This document shows, one piece after another, positions 10,153-19,529 of a stretch of 64,000 nt of DNA. The notes beneath the pieces were generated by a model. It did not search any database. It was not told the origin of the DNA and saw only the letters and a list, made by a program, of their open reading frames with translations. Numbering within the stretch: the stretch's first letter is position 1; each line of letters starts with the position of its first letter. The position numbers and the translations under genes were made by a program. This DNA is from a bacterium (lineage in GTDB: Bacteria; Patescibacteriota; Minisyncoccia; UBA6257; 2-01-FULL-56-20): positions 2,239 to 66,238 of the forward strand of contig DAIDAM010000003.1 of assembly GCA_027310625.1 (NCBI GenBank). Direction: 5' to 3'.

Positions 10153-11880
10153 ATGAACAACGAAACCAAAACCTGTCAAAATTGCAAAAACCAGTTTGCC
10201 GTCGAGCCAGATGATTTTGATTTCTACGCCAAAATCAAAGTCCCGCCGCCGACGTTCTGCCCGCCGTGCCGACTGCAGAGGCGGCTGGCGTTTTTCAATA
10301 TTTTCAATCTCTATAAACGGCCGTGCGATTTATGCAAGAAAGATTTCATTTCGATGTATCGAGCCGACACGCCGTACACTATTTACTGCCCGAAATGCTG
10401 GTGGAGCGACGATTGGGATACTTTTGAATACGGCAGAGAATACGATTTTTCGCGGCCGTTTTTCGAGCAATACAACGAACTACTGCATCGAGTTCCGCTC
10501 ATCGGCGCTTCGATAGATATTCCGACAATGGAAACATCGCCGTACACGAACCATGCCGGCCATCTCAAGAATTCTTACCTTTTGTTCCACGTCGATTATG
10601 TCGAAGATTCCGCTTACGGATTTAACACATTCAACAATAAATCATTATTTGACTGTACCAATTTAATTCTATCCGAATTATCTTATGACATAATTCACGC
10701 CTACAAGATATCGCGCTCCGCCGGCTCGCAGGATTTGCTCGAATCCATCAATTGTTTCTTTATGAAGGATTCGGAAAATTGCCAAGATTGTTTTGCGTCC
10801 GCGAATTTACGGAATAAAAAACACTACATTTTCAATGAGCCGTATTCCAAAGAGGACTATTTTGACGAAATCAAGAAATGGAATTTAGGTTCTTATAAAA
10901 TTTATCAAGAAGTTAAAAAACGGGCGGAAGAGCACTGGAAAAAATTTCCGCCAGACCCGATTTATCAAAAATTTGCCATTAATTCAACGGGGAACAGGAT
11001 ATATGAGTCGAAAAACTGCAAGGAATGTTTTGAGGTCTCTTATGCCGAGGACTGCAAATGGGCGATGATGATGTACATTCGGACAATTAAGGATTGTTAC
11101 GACGTCGTCAGTTGGGGAAATAATATGTCGCGTTCGTACGAGTGCTGCAATGTCGGCGAGGATGTTTCCGAAGCGCGGTTCTGCAGCGAATCCGGACTGG
11201 GATTGATGGACGCAGAATATTGCAAACTCTCGACGGGCAACCATCATTTCGGCTGCGTATCCGTAAAGAAAGGCGATTACGTAATTCTAAACAAAAAATA
11301 TTCAGAGGATGAGTACCGGAAATTGCGCGAAAAAATTATCGCGCAAATGAACGAGTTGCCCTACGTTTCAAGGGCGACCAGCAACCGGGGACCAGAGACA
11401 AGGGAGATAATTTACAAATACGGGGAATTTTTCCCGGCGGAAATCAGCCCCTTTGCCTACAACGAAACGATTGCAAATAATTTCTTTCCCTTGGAAAAAG
11501 AAAAGGTCTTGGCGAACAGCTGGCGATGGAACGAACCGGAAACGCACGCCTACTCAATTACAAAACACGCCCAAGATTTGCCCGACCACATAAAAGACGC
11601 CGGTGACGATATTTTGAAAGAGGTAATCGCCTGCGCGAAATGCGGACGGGGATTCAGAATCATACGAATGGAACTCGATTTTCTGCGGCGGATGAATTTG
11701 CCTTTGCCGCGCGAGTGTCCGTTTTGCCGCATCGGCGAGAAATTCAATTACTGGGTCAAAGAATCGCGGCTGGTGAAACGAACCTGCGACAAATGCGGCG
11801 CGGAATTCGACAGCCCGCACACGAAAGAGAACTATCCGAAAATTCTTTGCAAAAAACACTGGCTGGAAGAAGTGGTGTAA
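10153..11880 (+). CDS. Cys-rich zinc-ribbon/beta-solenoid hypothetical protein, paralog 2
   Basis: Colinear with 8250-10064 (KVPPPTFCP, YDFSRPFFEQ, YKYGEFFPAE, PLPR.CP). Confidence 0.85.
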   Translation: MNNETKTCQNCKNQFAVEPDDFDFYAKIKVPPPTFCPPCRLQRRLAFFNIFNLYKRPCDLCKKDFISMYRADTPYTIYCPKCWWSDDWDTFEYGREYDFSRPFFEQYNELLHRVPLIGASIDIPTMETSPYTNHAGHLKNSYLLFHVDYVEDSAYGFNTFNNKSLFDCTNLILSELSYDIIHAYKISRSAGSQDLLESINCFFMKDSENCQDCFASANLRNKKHYIFNEPYSKEDYFDEIKKWNLGSYKIYQEVKKRAEEHWKKFPPDPIYQKFAINSTGNRIYESKNCKECFEVSYAEDCKWAMMMYIRTIKDCYDVVSWGNNMSRSYECCNVGEDVSEARFCSESGLGLMDAEYCKLSTGNHHFGCVSVKKGDYVILNKKYSEDEYRKLREKIIAQMNELPYVSRATSNRGPETREIIYKYGEFFPAEISPFAYNETIANNFFPLEKEKVLANSWRWNEPETHAYSITKHAQDLPDHIKDAGDDILKEVIACAKCGRGFRIIRMELDFLRRMNLPLPRECPFCRIGEKFNYWVKESRLVKRTCDKCGAEFDSPHTKENYPKILCKKHWLEEVV

Positions 11881-11900
11881 AGATGGTATAGTTTTGCGAA

Positions 11901-13652
11901 ATGGCTCCGTTTTTCAAAACCGACAAGCAGAAAGACGTCGTTTATTTCGCGCGCACCGATTTCCGCAATCAGAATCGGCTTTTCGGCATTAAAAGAAAAG
12001 ACCGCCGCCAGCACACGTACGTCGTCGGCAAAACCGGCACCGGTAAAACCGCGCTCCTCAACAATTTAATTGTTCAAGACATCGCAAACGGCGAAGGCGT
12101 CTGCGTCATTGACCCGCACGGCGAGCTCGTCGAGGGATTGCTCGACAAAATTCCGGCCGAGCGGATAAACGACATCATCTATTTCAATCCCGCCGACCCC
12201 GACCACCACATCGGTTTCAACATTCTGGAATTGCCCGACCCGAAATACAAACATCTGGTCGCTTCCGGTTTGATGGGAATTTTCACCAAAATCTGGTCGA
12301 ATGTCTGGTCGGCAAGAATGGAATACATTTTGAATAACGCCGTTTTGGCGCTTCTCGAAAATCCCGGCTCGACTTTGCTCGGCATCAACCGCATTCTTGT
12401 CGACAAGGACTACCGACAGCAAATCATTTCCAACGTCAAAGACCCGGTGATCAAGGCGTTTTGGGTCAACGAATACGAACAGTGGCGCGACCAGTTCCGG
12501 AACGAAGCCATCGCCCCGATTCAAAACAAAGTCGGCCAGTTCCTTTCGACGGCGATGATTCGAAACATCGTCGGGCAGGAAAAAAGCACGATAAACATTT
12601 TCGATTTGATGAACGAGAAAAAAATACTTCTCGTGAATGTCTCCAAGGGAAGAATAGGGGAGGACAATTCGGCGCTTCTGGGCGCGATGCTCATCACCAA
12701 AATTCAGCTTTCGGCGATGGAACGCGTCAGGATTCCCGAAGACGAGCGTCCGGATTTTTATCTTTACGTCGACGAGTTCCAGAATTTCGCCACCGATTCT
12801 TTTGCCGGCATTTTGTCCGAAGCAAGAAAATATCGCCTGAATCTCATCGTCGCGCATCAGTACATCGGACAATTGGTCACCGATGTTTCCACAAAAGTCC
12901 GCGACGCGGTCTTCGGGAACGTTGGGACAATGATTCTTTTCAGAATAGGCGCGGCGGACGCGGAATTTCTGGAAACGGAATTTGAACCGGAATTCGCCAT
13001 TCAGGACATGGTCAATCTGCCGAACTACCGCATTTACCTGAAATTGATGGTTGACGGCATCACCTGCCGTCCGTTTTCCGCGCAAACTTTGCCGCCGTTC
13101 AATCTCGAATCATCGGAGGAAATAAAAGATAAAATCATCGCCGTTTCGAGGAAACTTCATTCAAAGCCGAGCGTGGAAGTGGAAAAGGCGATCAATCGCT
13201 GGAGCGGAATGATGGGCGAAACTGCGGCACAGCTGCCCGGAGCCAAAATGTTTCCGGCTGTTTGCTCGAACTGCGGTAAAAACACCATGGTGCCTTTCGA
13301 GCCGGCGAAGGGCAGACCGGTTTACTGCGACGATTGTTTTGAAAAGATACAATCGGGAAAACTCGCTCCCGTCGGCGGCGCAGGAAGACAGGGAAAACCA
13401 TCGGAAGAATTCTCGCGCGACCTTGCGGAACTCGGAATAGAATTCGAATTCAGAAAACCGCCGGCGAGACGTTTGGAAGAAGTGCCCTCGGCGATTCCCG
13501 TTGAAAGAAAAGGAATTTCGCTCGCGGAATTGAAGCCGCAGGAGGAGAAAGAGAGAAAAGAAAAGACGAAGCAGGCGGGCGAAAAACCGAAAGTGGATAT
13601 AAACGAACTCCGCGAAGCGATAAAAGAATCGCTTAAGAAAGCAGAGGGTTAA
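11901..13652 (+). CDS. VirB4/TraD-HerA family ATPase with C-terminal CxxC-x17-CxxC domain
   Basis: GKTGTGKT, IDPHGE, YVDEFQ, EARKY; C-terminal CSNCG...VPFEP...PVYCDDC. Confidence 0.88.
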   Translation: MAPFFKTDKQKDVVYFARTDFRNQNRLFGIKRKDRRQHTYVVGKTGTGKTALLNNLIVQDIANGEGVCVIDPHGELVEGLLDKIPAERINDIIYFNPADPDHHIGFNILELPDPKYKHLVASGLMGIFTKIWSNVWSARMEYILNNAVLALLENPGSTLLGINRILVDKDYRQQIISNVKDPVIKAFWVNEYEQWRDQFRNEAIAPIQNKVGQFLSTAMIRNIVGQEKSTINIFDLMNEKKILLVNVSKGRIGEDNSALLGAMLITKIQLSAMERVRIPEDERPDFYLYVDEFQNFATDSFAGILSEARKYRLNLIVAHQYIGQLVTDVSTKVRDAVFGNVGTMILFRIGAADAEFLETEFEPEFAIQDMVNLPNYRIYLKLMVDGITCRPFSAQTLPPFNLESSEEIKDKIIAVSRKLHSKPSVEVEKAINRWSGMMGETAAQLPGAKMFPAVCSNCGKNTMVPFEPAKGRPVYCDDCFEKIQSGKLAPVGGAGRQGKPSEEFSRDLAELGIEFEFRKPPARRLEEVPSAIPVERKGISLAELKPQEEKERKEKTKQAGEKPKVDINELREAIKESLKKAEG

Positions 13653-13653
13653 A

Positions 13654-13727
13654 AGTTATCAGACAACAGTAATCAGACATCAGAAGTAATTTTTAATTCT
13701 CTGATTTCTGATGACTAATGATTAATC
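13654..13727. repeat. Empty inverted heptamer array (ACATCAG / CTGATGA type)
   Basis: gttatca gacaaca gtaatca gacatca, then ctgattt ctgatga ctaatga; same unit family flanks the gene at 34142. Confidence 0.75.
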
Positions 13728-13735
13728 TCTTAACT

Positions 13736-14443
13736 ATGCATTTTGATATTATTACTATCTTCCCGAAGATTTTCAATTCTTTTTTAAAGGAGTCGCTTAT
13801 TAAGCGCGCCATCAAAAAGAAAATCATCGAGGTAAAAATAACGAACCTCAGGAATTTTTCCGACGACAGAAAGCACAGGAAAATTGACGACCGTCCCTAC
13901 GGCGGGGGACCGGGAATGGTCTTACAAATTGGACCTATCTATCGCGCAGTCCAATTTGTAATTTCAAAGTTCTCCGCCAAAGGCGGATCCGCCTCCGGAG
14001 GAAAAGTTCAAAGTTCAAAAACTCGGACAATTCTTTTTTCAACGCGCGGCAGAAAATTTGACGCAAAAACGGCGAAGCGGCTTTCAAAATACGGTTCGCT
14101 TATTCTGATTTGCGGACGCTACGAGGGCGTTGACGAAAGGGTTGCGAAATACATCGCCGACGAAGAAATCTCCATCGGCGATTACGTTTTGAACGGCGGA
14201 GAAGTGGCGGCAATGGCGCTTATGGAAGCGGTAAGCAGATTTTTGCCGGGATTTCTCGGCAAAACGGAATCGCTTGAAGAAATAAAGGGTCATTACGCCA
14301 CTTACACCCGTCCTGCCGAATTCGTCCCCGACGTTTCTTCAAGAAAAAAATTTTTTCCGAGAACGCCGAGGAAGTGGAGCGTTCCGAGCGTTCTTATGTC
14401 GGGACACCATGAAAAAATAAACAAATTGAGAAAATCGCGGTAG
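13736..14443 (+). CDS. trmD: tRNA (guanine-N1)-methyltransferase TrmD
   Basis: DDRPYGGGPGMV, CGRYEGVDER, SIGDYVLNGGE, YTRP; in-frame insert SAKGGSASGGK. Confidence 0.96.
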   Translation: MHFDIITIFPKIFNSFLKESLIKRAIKKKIIEVKITNLRNFSDDRKHRKIDDRPYGGGPGMVLQIGPIYRAVQFVISKFSAKGGSASGGKVQSSKTRTILFSTRGRKFDAKTAKRLSKYGSLILICGRYEGVDERVAKYIADEEISIGDYVLNGGEVAAMALMEAVSRFLPGFLGKTESLEEIKGHYATYTRPAEFVPDVSSRKKFFPRTPRKWSVPSVLMSGHHEKINKLRKSR

Positions 14444-14449
14444 AGCAAA

Positions 14450-15859
14450 ATGCCGATTTACGATGTAGCTTTTTACGGAGCGCTGTCGTTTATTGCAGGG
14501 GCGCTTGCCGCCGGATTGAATTTATCGGCCGCAAAAGCGGTTTTCTTTTTTGCAATCCTCGCCCTTATTCTCGCCTACGTAAAAATCTGGGGAAAATTTC
14601 CGGCTTTTTTCTTCATTTTTTTCTTTGTCTTCGGAACGTTTTATTACAATTTTTTCTTTGCCATCAAAGAATCAAGCCAAAAAATAACTTTTGAAAAAAC
14701 CGTAGAATTTTCCGGAATGATAACAAGCGAGCCGCAACTCAACGAAAAATTCCAGAAAGCGACCATTGAACTTAATCCGCCATTTTCAGGGGAAATAAGC
14801 GTTCTTGCGCCGCTTTATCCTCAAATAAACTACGGCGACGTAATTGAAGCAAAAGGAGAAATAAGGCCATCCGTTTCAAAAAACCAAAGCCCCGTCTCAT
14901 TTTTCCCTGAATTAAAAATCATGGAAAGTCATCGCGGCTTCTGGCTGAAAGAAAAACTTCTTAACATCAAAAAGGGGATGATATCGCAGTTTAGAAATCT
15001 CCTGCCGGGCGATCCCGCGGCGCTTTTAAGCGGCATGACGCTCGGCTGGCGCGGCGATTTCACGGAAAAATTCAAGAAAGAAATGTCCTTGAGCGGCACG
15101 ACGCACATCGTCGCGCTTTCGGGATACAACATAACCATTCTTGTCATCGCCGTCGCCGCCGTTTTCGGCAACTGGCTCTCGCGGAGAATGACGTTTTTCC
15201 TCACCTCTTTCATAATTCTTCTCTTTATTTTTATGGTCGGCGCCGAAGAATCTGTGGTGCGCGCCGCAATAATGGGCTTCATTGCCCTCATTGCAAAGGA
15301 ATCGGGCAGAAGATTCAGTTTCAGGAACGCGATTGCGCTCACGGCGGCGGCAATGATTCTTTTCCGTCCCGATGTTTTATTCGATATCGGATTCATTCTC
15401 TCCTTTCTGAGCTTAATCGGGATAATCTATATCGCCCCGGAGCTGAAAGAGATTTTCAGAATCGGCGAATCGGGAAGTTTTATGTCATGGAAAGAAAACG
15501 CGATAACGACATTGTCGGCGCAGATGATGGTCGCGCCCGTTCTCATAAACGTTTTCGGAAATTTTTCGCTGACGAGCATCGCCGCGAACGTTCTCATTCT
15601 TGAATTCGTCCCGTTGACGATGCTTTTGGGTTTTGTGATCGCCGTTTTCGGATGGATTTTCTATTACGCCGGTTTCATTTTTTCGGTTTTCGGGAATATT
15701 CTTCTCCGCTACGAAATCGGGGTCATAAAATTTTTCGCGTTCTGGAGTATGCCCGTTTTTTCGGGAACACGCTCGCTGATTTTTTCTTTTTTTTATTACA
15801 TTGCATTGCTCGTTTTTCTTCTCTACAGAAAGGAAATTAAATCCCGCGAATTGATATAA
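14450..15859 (+). CDS. comEC: ComEC/Rec2 competence membrane domain
   Basis: SGTTHIVALSGYN, SVVRAAIMG, GF.LSF motifs. Confidence 0.92.
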   Translation: MPIYDVAFYGALSFIAGALAAGLNLSAAKAVFFFAILALILAYVKIWGKFPAFFFIFFFVFGTFYYNFFFAIKESSQKITFEKTVEFSGMITSEPQLNEKFQKATIELNPPFSGEISVLAPLYPQINYGDVIEAKGEIRPSVSKNQSPVSFFPELKIMESHRGFWLKEKLLNIKKGMISQFRNLLPGDPAALLSGMTLGWRGDFTEKFKKEMSLSGTTHIVALSGYNITILVIAVAAVFGNWLSRRMTFFLTSFIILLFIFMVGAEESVVRAAIMGFIALIAKESGRRFSFRNAIALTAAAMILFRPDVLFDIGFILSFLSLIGIIYIAPELKEIFRIGESGSFMSWKENAITTLSAQMMVAPVLINVFGNFSLTSIAANVLILEFVPLTMLLGFVIAVFGWIFYYAGFIFSVFGNILLRYEIGVIKFFAFWSMPVFSGTRSLIFSFFYYIALLVFLLYRKEIKSRELI

Positions 15860-15866
15860 TCAAAAA

Positions 15867-16745
15867 ATGTCCGGCAACAAGGGCAAAAACAAACCGGGGA
15901 ATATTATTATTTCCTTCTTTATATTATCAATTGTCGTTGATTTCTTTGTCTGGTATCGCGTAATTTTCGGAGGTTACGAATCGAAACCGAAAGCGTATTT
16001 CCTCGACGTCGGGCAGGGGGACGCCGAGCTCGTAATTTTTCCGGGAAACACAAAGATTCTCACCGATGCCGGGCCCGACTCAAAAATCGTTGGCGAACTT
16101 GAGAAAATTCAGGAACTTGCCGGCAAATACATCGATTTGGCCGTAATAACCCATCCTCAGCTGGATCATTTCAACGGCTTTCTCGGTCTCCTTGATAGAT
16201 ATAATTTCGGCGCATTTATTTACAACGGGCGCTCCGACTCTCAAGAAGGATGGAGTGAGTTAATCGCAAAAATAAAAGAAAAGAAGATACCGCTGATAGC
16301 GCTGAAAGCGGGCGATGTGATAAAAAACGGCGAGAATAGAATAAATTTCCTCTCTCCCGACGAGAATCTCCTCGGGAGCGCGGAGTTGAACGACACGGGA
16401 CTTGTCCAGTTGACGGATATTTCCGGCTTAAAAATGCTTCTTGCGGCGGACATAGGAGGGGAAATAGAAAAATATCTCGCCGAAAATTTTGATTTGAAAG
16501 CGGATGTTTTGAAAGTGGCGCATCACGGCTCAAAATTCTCTTCGTCGGAGGAATTCCTAAAAGCCGTCGGTTCCCGAGTTGCGATAATTGAAGTCGGGGA
16601 AAACAACAAATACGGCCATCCTGCCTCCTCAACCCTTGAAAAACTTTCTGATTTTTCGCCGGCAATCCTGAGAACGGACGTCAACGGGCAGATTATGGCG
16701 CTCTTGGACAACGAAAAACTCAAAATTTTCGCAGAAAAGGAATAA
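15867..16745 (+). CDS. ComEC metallo-beta-lactamase domain (separate gene)
   Basis: FLDVGQGDA, THPQLDH, LKVAHHGS, YGHP, RTD. Confidence 0.9.
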   Translation: MSGNKGKNKPGNIIISFFILSIVVDFFVWYRVIFGGYESKPKAYFLDVGQGDAELVIFPGNTKILTDAGPDSKIVGELEKIQELAGKYIDLAVITHPQLDHFNGFLGLLDRYNFGAFIYNGRSDSQEGWSELIAKIKEKKIPLIALKAGDVIKNGENRINFLSPDENLLGSAELNDTGLVQLTDISGLKMLLAADIGGEIEKYLAENFDLKADVLKVAHHGSKFSSSEEFLKAVGSRVAIIEVGENNKYGHPASSTLEKLSDFSPAILRTDVNGQIMALLDNEKLKIFAEKE

Positions 16746-16768
16746 AATCTGTATAATTACAACGAATA

Positions 16769-18292
16769 ATGACCGTAATTATAAAAAACGTACGGCCGCT
16801 CGCAGCCGCGCGGCAACTTCCGCAGCAGGTTGACGTCCTCATAAGCGGCGACAAAATCTCCGCCTTCGGAAGTTTTCCCTCAAAAGGGGCGGATGAAACG
16901 ATAGACGGACAGGGAGCGTATTTAAGCCCCGGATTTGTAGACGTAAATACGGACTCCGACCACTACCTCACTCTTTTTGACGACCCGGCGCAGGAAGATT
17001 TTTTGATGCAGGGCGTCACGACAATCATCGGCGGACAGTGCGGTTCGTCGCTTGCGCCCCTCATCTACGGCGGACTTGAATCCGTAAGGAAGTGGGCGGA
17101 CATAAGCAAAGTAAACGTCGGCTGGCATTCTCTTGCAGAATTTGTTTCGGTTCTTGAAAAAAAACGCATCGGCGTCAATTTCGGCACGCTTGTGGGTCAT
17201 TCCACGATAAGAAGAGCTCTCGTCGGCGAATCGCAAAGGGCGCTTACGAAAAACGAACTGTCGATTTTTCTGGAAGTGCTCAAAAAATCCCTTCACGAGG
17301 GCGGCTTCGGTTTTTCAACCGGCCTCGGATATATTCACAGCAGAAACACCCCCTACCAGGAAATAAAGTCCTTTCTTAAAATAGTAAAAAACTACGACGG
17401 CGTATACGCCACGCATTTAAGAAAGAGCGGCGACGGCCTCGCCGAATCAATAGAGGAAACGCTTAAGGTTCACAACGAGACCGGCGTTAAAACCGTTATC
17501 AGCCACTTCCTGCCGCATTTCGGCGAAGAGGAAGAATACGAAAAAGCGCTTGAAGAATTCGCGAAACTGCCGGGGACGAGCGATTTTAACTTTGACGTTT
17601 ATCCTTTCAATCACACAATAGTTCCTCTTTACACGCTTTTGCCGGAATGGGCGCAAAGGGACAATCTTGAAACAATGAACAAACTTTTGCAGGATGAGTG
17701 GCAGCGTTCAAAAATACTGAAAGAGATTCCCAAACTTGAACCAGATAGCATCGTCGTTTCGAAAGCGCCCAAAAACGAAGCGGTTGTCGGGCATTCGTTG
17801 GGGGAACTCTCGTCAATTTACGGAATGAAGAATCCGAAAGACGCGCTGATGCGGCTGATGATGACGACGAATCTCAAAGCCGTCGTTTTTTACAAAAATA
17901 TAAACGAAAGGCTGATTAAAACGGCGCTTTCTCATCCGCGCTCTCTTATTGCGTCCAATGCCGCAAGCTCAGCCGACAAAAGCGATGAAAAATCGCTTAA
18001 ATCCGAGCGCGCTTTGTCAACTTTCAAGAAATTCATTTCTCTTGCGGCAAACGAAAATCTTATGCCTCTTGAAAAAGCGGTGAGAAAAATAACTTCCATT
18101 CCCGCGGAAAAGTTCAATTTGCGGGGCAGAGGAGAACTAAAAGAAGGTAATTTCGCCGATTTGGTCGTTTTCGGCGCCGGGGAAGGAAAAGATACGGAAA
18201 TAAAAGCGGTGGTCGCAAACGGCAAAGTGGCCGTAAAAGACGGCATCCTTAAAAACGGCGAAGCCGGAAAAATTCTGCGGCATGAAATATAA
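16769..18292 (+). CDS. N-acyl-D-amino-acid deacylase-like amidohydrolase with degenerate metal site
   Basis: PGFVD, QGVTT..GQCG.S, GFSTGL.Y, THLR, ISH, ADLVVF. Confidence 0.8.
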   Translation: MTVIIKNVRPLAAARQLPQQVDVLISGDKISAFGSFPSKGADETIDGQGAYLSPGFVDVNTDSDHYLTLFDDPAQEDFLMQGVTTIIGGQCGSSLAPLIYGGLESVRKWADISKVNVGWHSLAEFVSVLEKKRIGVNFGTLVGHSTIRRALVGESQRALTKNELSIFLEVLKKSLHEGGFGFSTGLGYIHSRNTPYQEIKSFLKIVKNYDGVYATHLRKSGDGLAESIEETLKVHNETGVKTVISHFLPHFGEEEEYEKALEEFAKLPGTSDFNFDVYPFNHTIVPLYTLLPEWAQRDNLETMNKLLQDEWQRSKILKEIPKLEPDSIVVSKAPKNEAVVGHSLGELSSIYGMKNPKDALMRLMMTTNLKAVVFYKNINERLIKTALSHPRSLIASNAASSADKSDEKSLKSERALSTFKKFISLAANENLMPLEKAVRKITSIPAEKFNLRGRGELKEGNFADLVVFGAGEGKDTEIKAVVANGKVAVKDGILKNGEAGKILRHEI

Positions 18293-18375
18293 AATCTGAA
18301 GCATGAAGCCCGAAATCCCAAACAACAAGTGAATTTTGTTTAAAATTTAAAATTTGAGATTTCGGATTTAGCAAC

Positions 18376-19476
18376 ATGTTTTTTAAAAGAAGCTACAAAC
18401 CAGATTACCTCCTGATGAGCGTTTTATTCATTCTCACCGTCCTCGGGATGGTCATTCTTGCAAGCGCTTCCTCAGAGCTCGGCAAATCCAAATTCAACGA
18501 CAGTTATTATTATCTGAAACACCAGATTATTTTCGGGCTGTCGTTCGGAATCATCGGTTTCATCGCGGCATATTTCATTCCTTATAAAAACTGGAGATAT
18601 TTTTCATTCGCTCTTTTAATTTTGAGCATCATTTTCCTTTCGCTTGTTTTCACCAAACTCGGGATTTCGTCCGGCGGCGCATCGCGATGGGTTAAAATCG
18701 GTCCCGTCTCCTTCCAACCCGCCGAAATAATCAAACTTACTTTCATCGTTTATCTCGCGGCATGGCTCAGTAATCCGAAAATGGACAGGATAAAAGATTT
18801 TTGGGTGGGTTTCATCCCCTTTATCCTTGTATCCGGCTTTATCGCAACTATGTTGATTCTCCAGCCGGCAACAAGCGTTGTTATGATACTTTTGGGCACG
18901 GCTTTGGTCATGTACTTGGTAAGCGGCGCGCGTCTTTTGCACATCGCCATCGCCATTGCAGCCGGAGCGGCCGTTATCGCCGTTGCGATACTCGCCACCC
19001 CCTACCGACTCCAAAGAATAATGACTTTTATAAATCCGCAAAAAGATACGACAACTTATTCTTATCAGATAAATCAATCCCTTAACGCCATAGGTTCGGG
19101 GGGAATTTTCGGGGTCGGCTATGGACGCTCGGTGACAAAAGGCGGATTTCTTCCAGGGCCCGCCGACGACTCCATCTTCGCGGTCGCGGCGGAAGAACTG
19201 GGTTTTGCGGGAGCGGGCACGATAGTGGCCCTTTTCGCCATTTTCGTTTTCCGTCTCTTTTGGCTGGCGAAGAATCTCCGCGACAAATTCGGCCAGCTGA
19301 TTCTGGTCGGCTTTGGTTCTCTGGTTGCTTTCCAATCGCTGATAAACATGGCGGCTTTGTCGGGGCTTATGCCGCTCACGGGAATCCCGCTTCCGTTCAT
19401 AAGTTACGGCGGAACCGCCCTCGCGGTCTTTTTGACTCTCGGGGGCATATCGGCAAACATATCGAAATATGTCTGA
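18376..19476 (+). CDS. ftsW: Peptidoglycan glycosyltransferase FtsW
   Basis: GASRW, FQPAE..K, IGSGG.FG.G, EELGF, TGIPLPFISYGG; adjacent to murG. Confidence 0.93.
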   Translation: MFFKRSYKPDYLLMSVLFILTVLGMVILASASSELGKSKFNDSYYYLKHQIIFGLSFGIIGFIAAYFIPYKNWRYFSFALLILSIIFLSLVFTKLGISSGGASRWVKIGPVSFQPAEIIKLTFIVYLAAWLSNPKMDRIKDFWVGFIPFILVSGFIATMLILQPATSVVMILLGTALVMYLVSGARLLHIAIAIAAGAAVIAVAILATPYRLQRIMTFINPQKDTTTYSYQINQSLNAIGSGGIFGVGYGRSVTKGGFLPGPADDSIFAVAAEELGFAGAGTIVALFAIFVFRLFWLAKNLRDKFGQLILVGFGSLVAFQSLINMAALSGLMPLTGIPLPFISYGGTALAVFLTLGGISANISKYV

Positions 19477-19529
19477 AAAATTGAATAATGAATTACGAAT
19501 TATGAATAAAGCGGAGATAAACTAAAACC

